In this document: in pieces, positions 38,101-46,873 of the stretch
Position numbering within the stretch: the first letter of the stretch is position 1
Layout of the letters: each line of letters opens with the position of its first letter
NCBI GenBank assembly: GCA_963747775.1
Contig: CAVVGT010000009.1
Location: 3,409-67,408 of the forward strand
Length of the DNA: 64,000 bases
Reading direction: 5' to 3'
Origin: an uncultured beta proteobacterium
GTDB taxonomy: Bacteria; Pseudomonadota; Gammaproteobacteria; Burkholderiales; SG8-39
Notes under the pieces: generated by a model
The model's input: the letters and a program-made list of their open reading frames with translations, nothing else
What the model was told of the DNA's origin: nothing
Database searches by the model: none
Program-made: the position numbers and the translations under genes

Positions 38101-39519
38101 CTAGCTTGCCGCCCGATCCTGCGCCGAGGCGGGGCCGATCGCCGACGGCCGACCCTCAGCCTTGCCGCGCAGCAAGAAAGCGAGCACCGGCGGCGAGATC
38201 AGTGTCGTGCCAAGAACCATGAGCACGATCACCGAGAAGAGATGGTCGTTAAGTACACCGAGTTCTTTGCCGACGAACGCGAAGATGAGACCCACCTCGC
38301 CGCGCGGCACCATGCCCCAGCCAACAACCCAGCGATTCACGCTGCCCGCGGCGAGGCCGGAGACGAGTTTGCCCGCGACCGCGACTGCGGGAGTGCCACC
38401 GCCAAGACAACGGTGGACGGGTTGGCGAGAACCGCAAGGTTCACCTGCATGCCTGCGAAGAGGAAGAAGATCGGCACGAGGAAGTGCCCGACTGACCCGA
38501 CGAGGTCCTCGAGATGGCGGTCGGTGCCGCTCGACGACACCTATCACTCGTTCACGGGTCCGCGCATCGGCGTCGGCAACCGCGGCCAACAACTCACCGC
38601 GGATGTGGGGCGCGTCGAAATTGCGGAAATGCACCTCTTCGAGGATCAGGCCAGCCGCAAAGGCCCCCACGATGGGAGCAAGGCCGATGAGGTGCGCAAG
38701 GTAGGCGAACGCGAGGCAGAGGGCTAGGGCGACTGTGAGCTTCATCCCGGCGCCGCGACTGATCGCAGCGAATGCGCGGCTGAGCCACGGCGCCGCGACT
38801 TGGCCGACGAGCAGCGCGCCAGCGAGGAAACCGAAGGCTTGCACCACCGTCATCCCGAGCCCGGCGGCGTCGATTGCACCTTCGGATGCGATCGACGATA
38901 CGACCGCAAGGATCACAAGGCCCATCACGTCGTCCATCACCGCCGCCCCCAGCACGATCTGGGCCTCCGGCCGCTGCAGTACTCCGGCATCGCGGAACAC
39001 GCGGCCGGTAATGCCGACCGAGGTCGCAGTGAGCGCGGCGCCAAGGAACAGATAGGCCGCTTGCGACAGACCAGGAAGTAAAACCGGGCCCACGAGGTAA
39101 GTGCCGAGCACGAATGGTGCCGCGACGCCGATCGTCGCCACCCAGAACGCGCGTGCGCCCACGCGGCGCATGCTGCGCACGTTCGACTCGAGCCCGATCT
39201 GGAAGAGCAGGATGATCGCGCCGAGTTCCGCGAGAAACCGCACAGCCGAATCCCCGCGAATCTCGTCGACAAAGCCGAATCCCGCGAGCGCGAGGCCGCC
39301 AAGCGCCACGCCCGCCAGGATCTCGCCCAGTACGACTGGTTGGCGCACACGCTCCACCAGCGTACCGAGCTTCGCGAGGACGATGATCAGCGCGATCCAC
39401 AGGAAGCTGCGTGCAACGCTGTCGGACCCGCTCGCCCATGCGTCGCTGCTCAGGGTCAGCGCGACCAGCGCTGCGCCAATGACGGCCAGGCGCAGCGCGC
39501 CGGTGTCGGCCATTTTCAT
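38101..39519 (-). CDS. cation:proton antiporter (CPA2/Kef-type) with an internal out-of-frame segment
   Basis: The N-terminal ~330 aa and the last ~90 aa are typical multi-span CPA2. Residues encoded by about 38395-38535 read as Arg/Pro-rich nonsense in the ORF frame. The +1 frame (track ORF 38337..38540) reads DRHLEDLVGSVGHFLVPIFFLFAGMQVNLAVL. Confidence 0.75.
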   Translation of the reverse strand: MKMADTGALRLAVIGAALVALTLSSDAWASGSDSVARSFLWIALIIVLAKLGTLVERVRQPVVLGEILAGVALGGLALAGFGFVDEIRGDSAVRFLAELGAIILLFQIGLESNVRSMRRVGARAFWVATIGVAAPFVLGTYLVGPVLLPGLSQAAYLFLGAALTATSVGITGRVFRDAGVLQRPEAQIVLGAAVMDDVMGLVILAVVSSIASEGAIDAAGLGMTVVQAFGFLAGALLVGQVAAPWLSRAFAAISRGAGMKLTVALALCLAFAYLAHLIGLAPIVGAFAAGLILEEVHFRNFDAPHIRGELLAAVADADARTRERVIGVVERHRPPSRGPRRVSRALPRADLLPLRRHAGEPCGSRQPVHRCLGGGTPAVAVAGKLVSGLAAGSVNRWVVGWGMVPRGEVGLIFAFVGKELGVLNDHLFSVIVLMVLGTTLISPPVLAFLLRGKAEGRPSAIGPASAQDRAAS

Positions 39520-39543
39520 CGGGGTGTGGGCGGCGAGATTCGG

Positions 39544-39735
39544 TCAGCGCACGTGCACTGGCCGTCCCGACGTGCGTTCCATCGCGGCCGAGCGCCGCTC
39601 GCGGCGCTTGCCACGCGATTCGAGGTGAACCGTTAGCAGCCCGGCCGCCGCGACGACGAACGGCAGCGCAAGCAGAAACGCAAAGGCCGGCTCCAGCCCG
39701 GCGAGCCAGCGTCCGAGGTCTGCGATGATGTCCAT
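39544..39735 (-). CDS. small membrane protein upstream of the antiporter
   Basis: MDIIADLGRWLAGLEPAFAFLLALPFVVAAAGLL is followed by a basic tail. GGAGGG RBS. The gene ends 25 nt before the antiporter start. Confidence 0.4.
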   Translation of the reverse strand: MDIIADLGRWLAGLEPAFAFLLALPFVVAAAGLLTVHLESRGKRRERRSAAMERTSGRPVHVR

Positions 39736-39887
39736 GATCCCTCCAGCGCCCTGGTCGCTCGGCCGCGCGAGGCGCCGGAAACCATGGCTCACTCGATCAT
39801 AGGGACCGGTGGTGACGAGGAAATCCGGGACAGCCCGTAAGGGAAACCCTTATCCGCTCGAGAGAGGCGAGCAGAATGTCGCGCCTC

Positions 39888-40514
39888 TCAGCGCACCCGG
39901 CGCCGGTCCGCCGGCTTCTGATCGAGCACGAGCCGCACCAGCTCGGGCACGCGCTGGACTTGGAGCTTCTCCATCAGCCGGGCCTTGTACACCTCGACCG
40001 TTCGTGGGCTGATCGAGAGCAGTACGGCGATCTCGCGGTTGTGCTTGCCGTCTGCGACGAGATCCAGGACCTCCCGCTCTCGGGGTGTCAAGCGCTCGAG
40101 TCGCTCGGCCACCGACACCCGTGAAGCGGCCTCGCGCCGCTCGCGCACATCGCGATCCATCGCACCGGCGATGGCGGCAATGAGCGCCTCGTCGTCGACC
40201 GGCTTCTCGATGAAATCCACCGCGCCAGCCCTAAACGCTGCGCGGGCCGTCGGGACGTCACCGTGAGCCGTCACGATGATCACGGGCAGCCGCACGCCGC
40301 GCCGCGCCAGTTCCGTCTGGAGCTCCAGACCACTCATGCCCGTCATGCGGAGGTCGAGTACGAGGCACCCCGCCCACTCAGCACGGTACCGTTCGAGGAA
40401 ATCTTCGGCGGTCGCATAGGTACGCGTATGGAAACCCTTGAGCTCGAGGAGCATCGCGAGCGAGTCGCGCACCGCCGCGTCGTCGTCGACGATGAACACG
40501 GTTGCCGCCGTCAT
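39888..40514 (-). CDS. FixJ/NarL-type response regulator (REC + LuxR HTH)
   Basis: Receiver domain (VDDD...LDLRMTGMSG...TAHGD...KP) and LTPREREVLDLVADGKHNREIAVLLSISPRTVEVYKARLMEKL. Confidence 0.9.
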   Translation of the reverse strand: MTAATVFIVDDDAAVRDSLAMLLELKGFHTRTYATAEDFLERYRAEWAGCLVLDLRMTGMSGLELQTELARRGVRLPVIIVTAHGDVPTARAAFRAGAVDFIEKPVDDEALIAAIAGAMDRDVRERREAASRVSVAERLERLTPREREVLDLVADGKHNREIAVLLSISPRTVEVYKARLMEKLQVQRVPELVRLVLDQKPADRRRVR

Positions 40515-41722
40515 GCGGCTGCCTCCGCGCCGGTCTCCGCGGGCAGCGTAAATGACAGCGCAGCGCCCCGATCGGTGCGCTCGGCCGTGAGGCGCCCGCC
40601 GTGGTTCTCCACGATCGAACGGCTGATCGCGAGCCCGAGCCCCATGCCCTCCGGCTTGGTCGTCGTGAAGGGGCGAAACACACCCTTCGCCAGCTCAGGC
40701 GGTAAACCGGGCCCGGTATCGCTCACGGTAATTCGCACCACGCTGCCAGAGAGCGTGGCGTGTATGCTAATCCGCCGCTGCTTCGTTTCCGGACTCCTGA
40801 GCGCGTCAATGGCGTTCGCGAGCAGATTGTGCAGCACCGTGTCGATCTGCAAGCGGTCAACCAGCACCTCGGGCAGGCCGGGATCGATTTCCACCGCGAG
40901 CTCGATCTGGTGGCGCGTGAGGCGCGGCGTGAACAACTCCACGCCGCTGCGCACGAGGTCCGTTACTGTGGCGCGCTCGAGGCGCGAAGTGCCGCTGCGG
41001 AAGAAGTCGCGCAGCCGGCGCACGATTTCGCCCGCGCGGCCGACCTCGGCGACGACGGTCTGCATTGTCTGCACGAGGCGGTCGCGATTCGCGTCGGGGC
41101 GATCGAGCAACAGTGTACAGGCGCGTACGTAGGTCCCGATTGCGGACAGAGGCTGATTCAGCTCGTGTGCAAGCGCGCCGGCAGTCTCAGCGGCCGCGGC
41201 GAGGCGCAAGCTGCGCGCGAGGTCCGCTTCGCGCTCGCGCAACTGCCCTTCCATCTCCTTGCGGGCCGAGACGTCGCGCAGCACGGCGATGTAAAGGCGG
41301 TGCTTAGCAGCGGTGGCGCGACCGATCGCCATCTCCAGCGGGAATAGCGTGCCGTCTTGCCGCCGCGCCGCGTACTCGACGCTCGCGAAAGCGTGGCCCC
41401 GAGGTCGACGTCGGGAAGCAGGTCCACGAGCGGCGTAGCGACGAGGCTCGAGGTCGGGGTCCCGAGATTCCGCAGCTGCTTCGTTCGCGCGGAGCACGCA
41501 ACCGTCTCGCGACGACAAACCGTCGGCGCCGTTCAGATCGACGTGAGCTGTATCTCGCGCGCCTCTAGTGCGTCCTGTGCCCGGCGGCGGTCGCTAACCA
41601 GCGCCCCCAGGAAGAAGCCGGAGCGAGCGCCACATGAAAAGCGGAACCCAAGCACCGTCGCCAACGAAAGTCGCTCAACAGCAGCGATGAATCAGCAGCG
41701 AGAGCAGCAGCGCAAACGCTAG
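40511..41722 (-). pseudogene. PAS-domain sensor histidine kinase (FixL-like) with decayed N-terminal region
   Basis: The intact part has H box AHELNQPLSAI, N box LHNLLANAIDA and G boxes DTGPGL / GMGLGLAISR. Upstream of ~41390 the PAS/TM sequence can be followed only by hopping frames, and it contains an in-frame TGA. Confidence 0.6.
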
Positions 41723-42035
41723 TCGCCTGTGTTCAATCAAGCGTGCTCCGTCATCGCTGCGCACGCGCCGCCCACGCTTTGCGCGTCTGGCGGCCGGACT
41801 TCCTACGGTGACTAGGATACGCGAGCCGACAAACGAGTGCCGAATCGACTACGGGATCACTTCATCGGCACGCAGCAGGAGCGACTGCGGAATCGCGATG
41901 TCGAGAGCCTTCGCCGTCCGGGTGTGCACCGGTCGATCAAGACTATCGGGGCCACCCTCTGGATAGGTTCCGCGTGCCAAAACCTGCCCAGCAAGCGAGC
42001 GATCTTGGTCGGACGCCGAGCGACTGCTTAGGATC

Positions 42036-42079
42036 GGGTTGAATCCGCAGGTCGTAGGTGCAATCCCTAACTAGGGGAG
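42036..42079 (+). repeat. degenerate second copy of the tRNA-Asn 3' fragment
   Basis: GGGTTGAATCCGCAGGTCGTAGGTGCAATCCCTAACTAGGGGAG aligns with 11607-11649 at roughly 80 percent identity by eye, in the same orientation. Confidence 0.45.
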
Positions 42080-42178
42080 TGGGGTCACGCAACGGTCTAG
42101 CGAAACGCTGGCCCGCTTTCTTTTCTCCGCCGTGATACGCAGCGAGTCGTGGCCCGCTCCGCTCACGCTGGGACGTAC

Positions 42179-42982
42179 CTATGCCGCGTTGGGCTCCGCG
42201 TCCAGCCGCGCGACGATGCCCTCCAGCCCCCGCACCGCTGCGGGGTAGCGCTTGAGCACCAAGGGATCGTGACCCGGAATGACGTGCTGAGTCGAGCTCG
42301 CGAGAGCGTAGGCGCGCTGGTGCCCGGCGAGCATCTCGGGAACGTTGTAGACGATCGGAAATGGCCGCCCCTGCTCCATGTTCGCGTAGTAGTGGCTCGC
42401 ATCCGAGGCGAGCACGACCCAGCCGCGCTGCGTCCACACCCGGACCATCTGCAGACCCATTGTGTGGCCGCCGACGAAATGCACGCTGAGCCCCGGCGCG
42501 ATCTCTTCGTCGCCGTCGTGAAACACCACACGCCCGGCATAAACACGGCGCACCATGTTCACGACGTCCTCCACGTCGAAGGCGTGGCGCACCACCGCAT
42601 GACACATGCAGCGGCCCGTCGAGTAGCGCATCTCCTTGTCCTGGAGATGGAAGCGTGCGCGCTCGAACAACCGGTGATTGCCGCAATGATCGTAGTGCAT
42701 GTGGGTGATGATCACGTCCTCGATCTTGTCGGGGTCGATGCCGAGCGCACGCAGGCCCTCGCTCGGGCAGCGCTGCACGTTGCGCTGCCGCTGTCGTCCC
42801 ACCTCGGCGTCGAAGCCGGTATCCACGATCCACGTCTTCTCGCGGCCGCGGATCGCCCACACGAAGTAGTCGATCGGCATCGGTCCGTTGTGCGGGTCGC
42901 CGCCGATGAAGTTCTCGCCGGCGAGACGCTGGTGATCCCCGTACTTGATGGCGTAGATCTCGTAGGTCTCGGGCTGAGCCAT
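42179..42982 (-). CDS. MBL-fold metallohydrolase (N-acyl-homoserine-lactonase-like)
   Basis: 267 aa from MAQPETYEIYAIKYG, with HMHYDHCG (HxHxDH). Only the last 268 codons of track ORF 42179..44197 are credible. Confidence 0.85.
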   Translation of the reverse strand: MAQPETYEIYAIKYGDHQRLAGENFIGGDPHNGPMPIDYFVWAIRGREKTWIVDTGFDAEVGRQRQRNVQRCPSEGLRALGIDPDKIEDVIITHMHYDHCGNHRLFERARFHLQDKEMRYSTGRCMCHAVVRHAFDVEDVVNMVRRVYAGRVVFHDGDEEIAPGLSVHFVGGHTMGLQMVRVWTQRGWVVLASDASHYYANMEQGRPFPIVYNVPEMLAGHQRAYALASSTQHVIPGHDPLVLKRYPAAVRGLEGIVARLDAEPNAA

Positions 42983-43132
42983 GCGCGGTCCTCCAGATGC
43001 AAAGCTTGACATCGTTTTTCGCCGAGCGCACCGGCTGAACGCGAGGCCCGACCAATCCCATGGCGCTTGCGGCCAGGACGCCTCGCGCCCACCATAGCGA
43101 CTCCTGCCCGCACCGCGCCTTCGTTCCATCGC

Positions 43133-44611
43133 ATGGGCCGCCATCCAGGTACCCGACCCGACGACAAACCGGACCTGCCGAAGCGTCGCGACTTCCTCGC
43201 GCTCGGCGGCGCGGCGGCGGCCGCGGCGCTGCTCGAGCCGGCGCTTGCACAGGCCCTCGACTTCGGGCCGCGGTTCGCATGGGGCACGGCAACCTCCGCC
43301 TATCAGATCGAGGGGACGCCCCTGCGCGTCGGCGGCGGTGCGTCGGTGTGGGATGCCTTCTGCCGGCGACCCGGCGCGATTCGCGACGGCTCGTCGGGGG
43401 AGCTCGCCTGCGATCACTACAACCGCTACCGCGAAGACGTGGCGCTGCTGCGCGAGCTCGGCGTCGGCGCATACCGATTTTCGATCGCCTGGCCGCGGGT
43501 CCTGCCGGAGGGCACCGGCGTCGTCGACACCGTGGGTCTGGAATTCTACGACCGCCTGGTCGATTCCCTGCTCGCCGCAGGCATCGCGCCGTGGGTCACC
43601 CTCTTCCACTGGGACTATCCCGAGGCGCTCTACAGGCGCGGGGGCTGGCTCAATCGCGACAGTGCGCAATGGTTCGCCGACTACGCGGCGGCGGTGGTCG
43701 CACGCCTGTCGGACCGCGTGACGCACTGGATCACGTTCAACGAGCCCGAGGTGTTTTTGGTCCTCGGCCATCACCTCGGCGTGCATGCGCCGGGCGATAA
43801 GCTGCCCTGGAGCGCAGTGCTTCGCGCCGCGCATCACGTGTTGCTCGCGCACGGGCGCGCGACGGCCGCCATCCGCGCGGGGGCGAAGCGGCCGTGCGAG
43901 ATCGGTTACGTCGCGGCGCTCGAGCCCGCGATCCCCGCGACCAGCCAGACCGCGGACATGGAGGCCGCAAGACGCGCGACGTTCTCCGGCATGGCCGGCT
44001 GGCTCCTCGATCCCGTGTATCGGGGCAGTTATCCGGAGCGCGAGCTGAAGGCGTGGGCAACGGACCTTCCCGAGCTTCCAGGCGAGGATCTGCGCACGAT
44101 CTGTCAGCCGCTCGACTTCTTCGGCGCGAACATCTACCAGGGTAACGTCGTTCGAGCGGGCGCGGAGGGGAATCCGGAACGGGTGGCGCGGGCGCAAGGC
44201 GCCCCGCGCACGCTAATGGAGGTGTTCGACGTCGTTCCCGCGGCGCTTCAGTGGGGCCCGCGCTTCTACTGGGAGCGCTACCGTCTGCCGATCGTGGTGA
44301 CCGAGAACGGCCTCTCGGGGTGTGATTGGATCGCGCTGGACGGTCGCGTCCACGATCCGCAGCGCATCGACTTCATGGAGCGCTATCTCGGCGAGCTCGC
44401 GCTCGCCCGCGCGGCCGGTGTCGACGTGCGCGGCTATTTCGCCTGGAGCCTGCTCGACAACTTCGAATGGGCGGAGGGCTATCGCCAGCGATTCGGCCTC
44501 GTCCACGTCGACTTCGCGTCGCAGCGCCGGACGCCGAAGGACTCCTTTCGCTGGTACCGCGACGTGATCCGCCGCAGCGGCGCTTCGATCAAAGGACGCG
44601 CGCCCCGCTGA
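43133..44611 (+). CDS. GH1 beta-glucosidase with twin-arginine signal
   Basis: KRRDFLALGGAAAAAALLEPALAQA, then FAWGTATSAYQIEG, acid/base TFNEP and nucleophile VTENG. Confidence 0.9.
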   Translation: MGRHPGTRPDDKPDLPKRRDFLALGGAAAAAALLEPALAQALDFGPRFAWGTATSAYQIEGTPLRVGGGASVWDAFCRRPGAIRDGSSGELACDHYNRYREDVALLRELGVGAYRFSIAWPRVLPEGTGVVDTVGLEFYDRLVDSLLAAGIAPWVTLFHWDYPEALYRRGGWLNRDSAQWFADYAAAVVARLSDRVTHWITFNEPEVFLVLGHHLGVHAPGDKLPWSAVLRAAHHVLLAHGRATAAIRAGAKRPCEIGYVAALEPAIPATSQTADMEAARRATFSGMAGWLLDPVYRGSYPERELKAWATDLPELPGEDLRTICQPLDFFGANIYQGNVVRAGAEGNPERVARAQGAPRTLMEVFDVVPAALQWGPRFYWERYRLPIVVTENGLSGCDWIALDGRVHDPQRIDFMERYLGELALARAAGVDVRGYFAWSLLDNFEWAEGYRQRFGLVHVDFASQRRTPKDSFRWYRDVIRRSGASIKGRAPR

Positions 44612-44670
44612 TCCCGGTCGCGCCGCCGGTCGTACTGTGCCGCTCGCCGAACAGCCCGAGACCGCGGCTG

Positions 44671-45576
44671 TCAAGCTGGCGGCGGGCTCAGCGGAGCCGG
44701 ACCGCCGTCCTCGGTGCGGTCGGATTGCCTGGTGCGCTTCCGTGCCGGCCACGGCTTCCAGCGACGGTGCACCCACCACCACTGCTCGGGATGCCGCAGG
44801 ATCAATCGCTCGAGCGCGGCATTGTAGGCGCGCGTGTTGAGCCGGACCGCCTCGTTGGTGTCCTCGTGCTCGATCGGCGGCAGCGGATCCTCGAATCGCA
44901 GGACATGCCTCCCGCCCGGCTCCCGCCAGCTCGACGCCGGCACGACTGGTGCGCCGGTCGCGAGCGCGAGGACGGCCACGCTGCGGAACGTGCCGGCGGG
45001 CTGTCCGAAGAAGTCGACCATCACCCCGTCCTTGCGGCTCGCGTGCTGGTCGAAAGGAAACACGACGAGATCCCCGGCGGTCAGGCGGTCGAGAATGCCC
45101 TCCAGACCGCCGCGCTTCGGTAGCACGCCGAAGCCTGCGCGGAGGAATCGCCGCGTCACGAGATCGTCGAGCCAGCGCGGCTTGAAGGGGCGCCGCACAA
45201 AGTAGAACCGGCCCCGTGCGTGGGGATAGTTGGCGAGCCCCGCGGCGGTCGAGACCTCGAAGTTGCCGAAGTGCCCCGTGACGATGAGGACACCCTGTCC
45301 CCGCGCGAGCGCGGCCTCGAGCGAATCGAGATTCTCCACGCGCGCCATCGTTGCGCGCCGCTCGCTCGACACCCACGGAAACCAGAGGAACTCCCAGAAC
45401 AGGCAGCCGAGATGCGCGTAATGCGCTTGCGCAAGCCGCTCGATGTCTGCGGCCGGCGCCCCGGCGCCGAAGACGCGCCGCAGGTTCTCGAGAATCACGC
45501 CGCGTCGGAACGGCAGCAGCCGGTAGAGCAGCCTGCCGAGGAGCGGCGGCTCGGCCTGCGCGGGCAGCGCAAACAT
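44671..45576 (-). CDS. LpxL/HtrB-family (lysophospholipid/lipid A) acyltransferase
   Basis: GVLIVTGHFGNFE (HxxxxE catalytic motif region) and C-terminal RHPEQWWWVHRRWK. The start MFALPAQ lies 5 nt after the preceding stop. Confidence 0.85.
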   Translation of the reverse strand: MFALPAQAEPPLLGRLLYRLLPFRRGVILENLRRVFGAGAPAADIERLAQAHYAHLGCLFWEFLWFPWVSSERRATMARVENLDSLEAALARGQGVLIVTGHFGNFEVSTAAGLANYPHARGRFYFVRRPFKPRWLDDLVTRRFLRAGFGVLPKRGGLEGILDRLTAGDLVVFPFDQHASRKDGVMVDFFGQPAGTFRSVAVLALATGAPVVPASSWREPGGRHVLRFEDPLPPIEHEDTNEAVRLNTRAYNAALERLILRHPEQWWWVHRRWKPWPARKRTRQSDRTEDGGPAPLSPPPA

Positions 45577-45581
45577 CGCCG

Positions 45582-46868
45582 CTAGGCGCCGCGGGGGACG
45601 CGGAGGAGCAGCGCGGCGTTGGTGCCGCCAAACCCGCGGGACAGGACGAGTGCAACGTCGCTGCGCGGCGTTTGCGCCGTGGCAGACACCGGCAGGCCGG
45701 CGCACTCCGGATCGAGCTGGCGCAGGTTCGCGACGCCGGGCACGCTCGCCTCCCGCATTGCGGCCAGCGCGATGACCGTATCGACCATCCCGGAGGCGGC
45801 CAGCAGATGTCCGAACGCCCATTTGAAGCCGGTCACCGGCGGGGGCGCGGCGCCGAAAACGTGCCGGAGCGCGCGCGCCTCGGACACATCGGATTGTCGT
45901 GTGCCGTTCGCGTGCGCGACGATCAGGCCGACGTCACTGGGGCGCAGTCCCGCATTGACCAGCGCGCTTGCGATGGCGCGCGCGAGCCCTTCCCCTTCCG
46001 CGCTGATCGGCAACAGCCCGAGGCCGTCGCTCCCGTACCCGCTGCCGAGGATCTCGCCGAGCACCGTCGCCTTGCGTTGCGCGGCGGACGCCTCGGTTTC
46101 GAGGACGAGGGCGGCCGCGCCCTCGCCCATCGTGCTGCCGCTGCGCCCGGCGTCGAACGGTCGCACCGTGTCCTCGGAAAGCAGCCCGACGCGGTGGTAG
46201 TACAGGATCATCTGCGGCTCGATCGACGCGTCGTGGCCGACGGCCACGGCGCGCTCGCACTCGCCGGCGCGGATCGCCTCCGCCGCCTCGGCGATCGCGA
46301 GCGGCCCGCTCACGCTATGGTTGGTGATGCACGCATTCGGGCCTTTCAGCCCGTGCCGGATCCCGACGTGGCAGAGGACGTTGTTCGGCAACGTGCGCAG
46401 CAGCCACATCGGATTGACCGTTGCGGCGAGCTCGCGCCCGAAGGTCTCCAGACTGCCGTCGGCAGCGCTCAGCAGCGGGAAGTAGTCGTACTGGTTCTGG
46501 TAGCCGCCGCCGCCGGAGCCGACATAGACGCCCGTTGCGTCGCTATAGGTGGCCGCGGCGTCCGCATCGAGCGTATCGCGGTACGGGATCAACCCCGCCG
46601 CCTCGATCGCCTGTCCGGCGGCATAGAGGCCGAACACGTCCGTGCGGCGGATGAGCTTGAGCAACTTGCGGTCACCCGCGAGCGCACCGCCATTGTACTC
46701 GGGGACTTCGGCCGCGAACTTGGCGGGCCACTTCGATGCGTCCCATTGCTCGATCGGTCTGATCGCCGACCGGCCCGCGCGCAGCGCCGCGACGATCTCG
46801 GCCGGCGACTTGCCCGAGCCGCAGATCGCGCCCGTTCCGGTGATGACGATGCGCTGCGCGTCGGCCAT
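45582..46868 (-). CDS. beta-ketoacyl-ACP synthase-like protein lacking the active-site Cys (CLF-like partner)
   Basis: 428 aa from MADAQRIVITGTG. ITNHSVSG aligns with TACASG of the neighbouring KS (Cys to Ser). Both His motifs are retained (AHANGT, FGHLLAASG). Confidence 0.85.
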   Translation of the reverse strand: MADAQRIVITGTGAICGSGKSPAEIVAALRAGRSAIRPIEQWDASKWPAKFAAEVPEYNGGALAGDRKLLKLIRRTDVFGLYAAGQAIEAAGLIPYRDTLDADAAATYSDATGVYVGSGGGGYQNQYDYFPLLSAADGSLETFGRELAATVNPMWLLRTLPNNVLCHVGIRHGLKGPNACITNHSVSGPLAIAEAAEAIRAGECERAVAVGHDASIEPQMILYYHRVGLLSEDTVRPFDAGRSGSTMGEGAAALVLETEASAAQRKATVLGEILGSGYGSDGLGLLPISAEGEGLARAIASALVNAGLRPSDVGLIVAHANGTRQSDVSEARALRHVFGAAPPPVTGFKWAFGHLLAASGMVDTVIALAAMREASVPGVANLRQLDPECAGLPVSATAQTPRSDVALVLSRGFGGTNAALLLRVPRGA

Positions 46869-46873
46869 TCGCT

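Noticed and set aside
41837-42031. 64-aa ORF (…DHFIGTQQERLRNRDVESLRRPGVH…) faintly reminiscent of sequences I have seen annotated as transposase-related
   Set aside because: The resemblance is vague and from memory only, the ORF is short, and no DDE or integrase motifs are present. It is not enough to call a mobile element.
42983-44197. N-terminal ~400 codons of the 672-aa ORF 42179..44197
   Set aside because: Only the last 267 codons (from MAQPETYEIY) look like an MBL hydrolase. The rest is antisense to the GH1 beta-glucosidase, which has TFNEP and TENG motifs.
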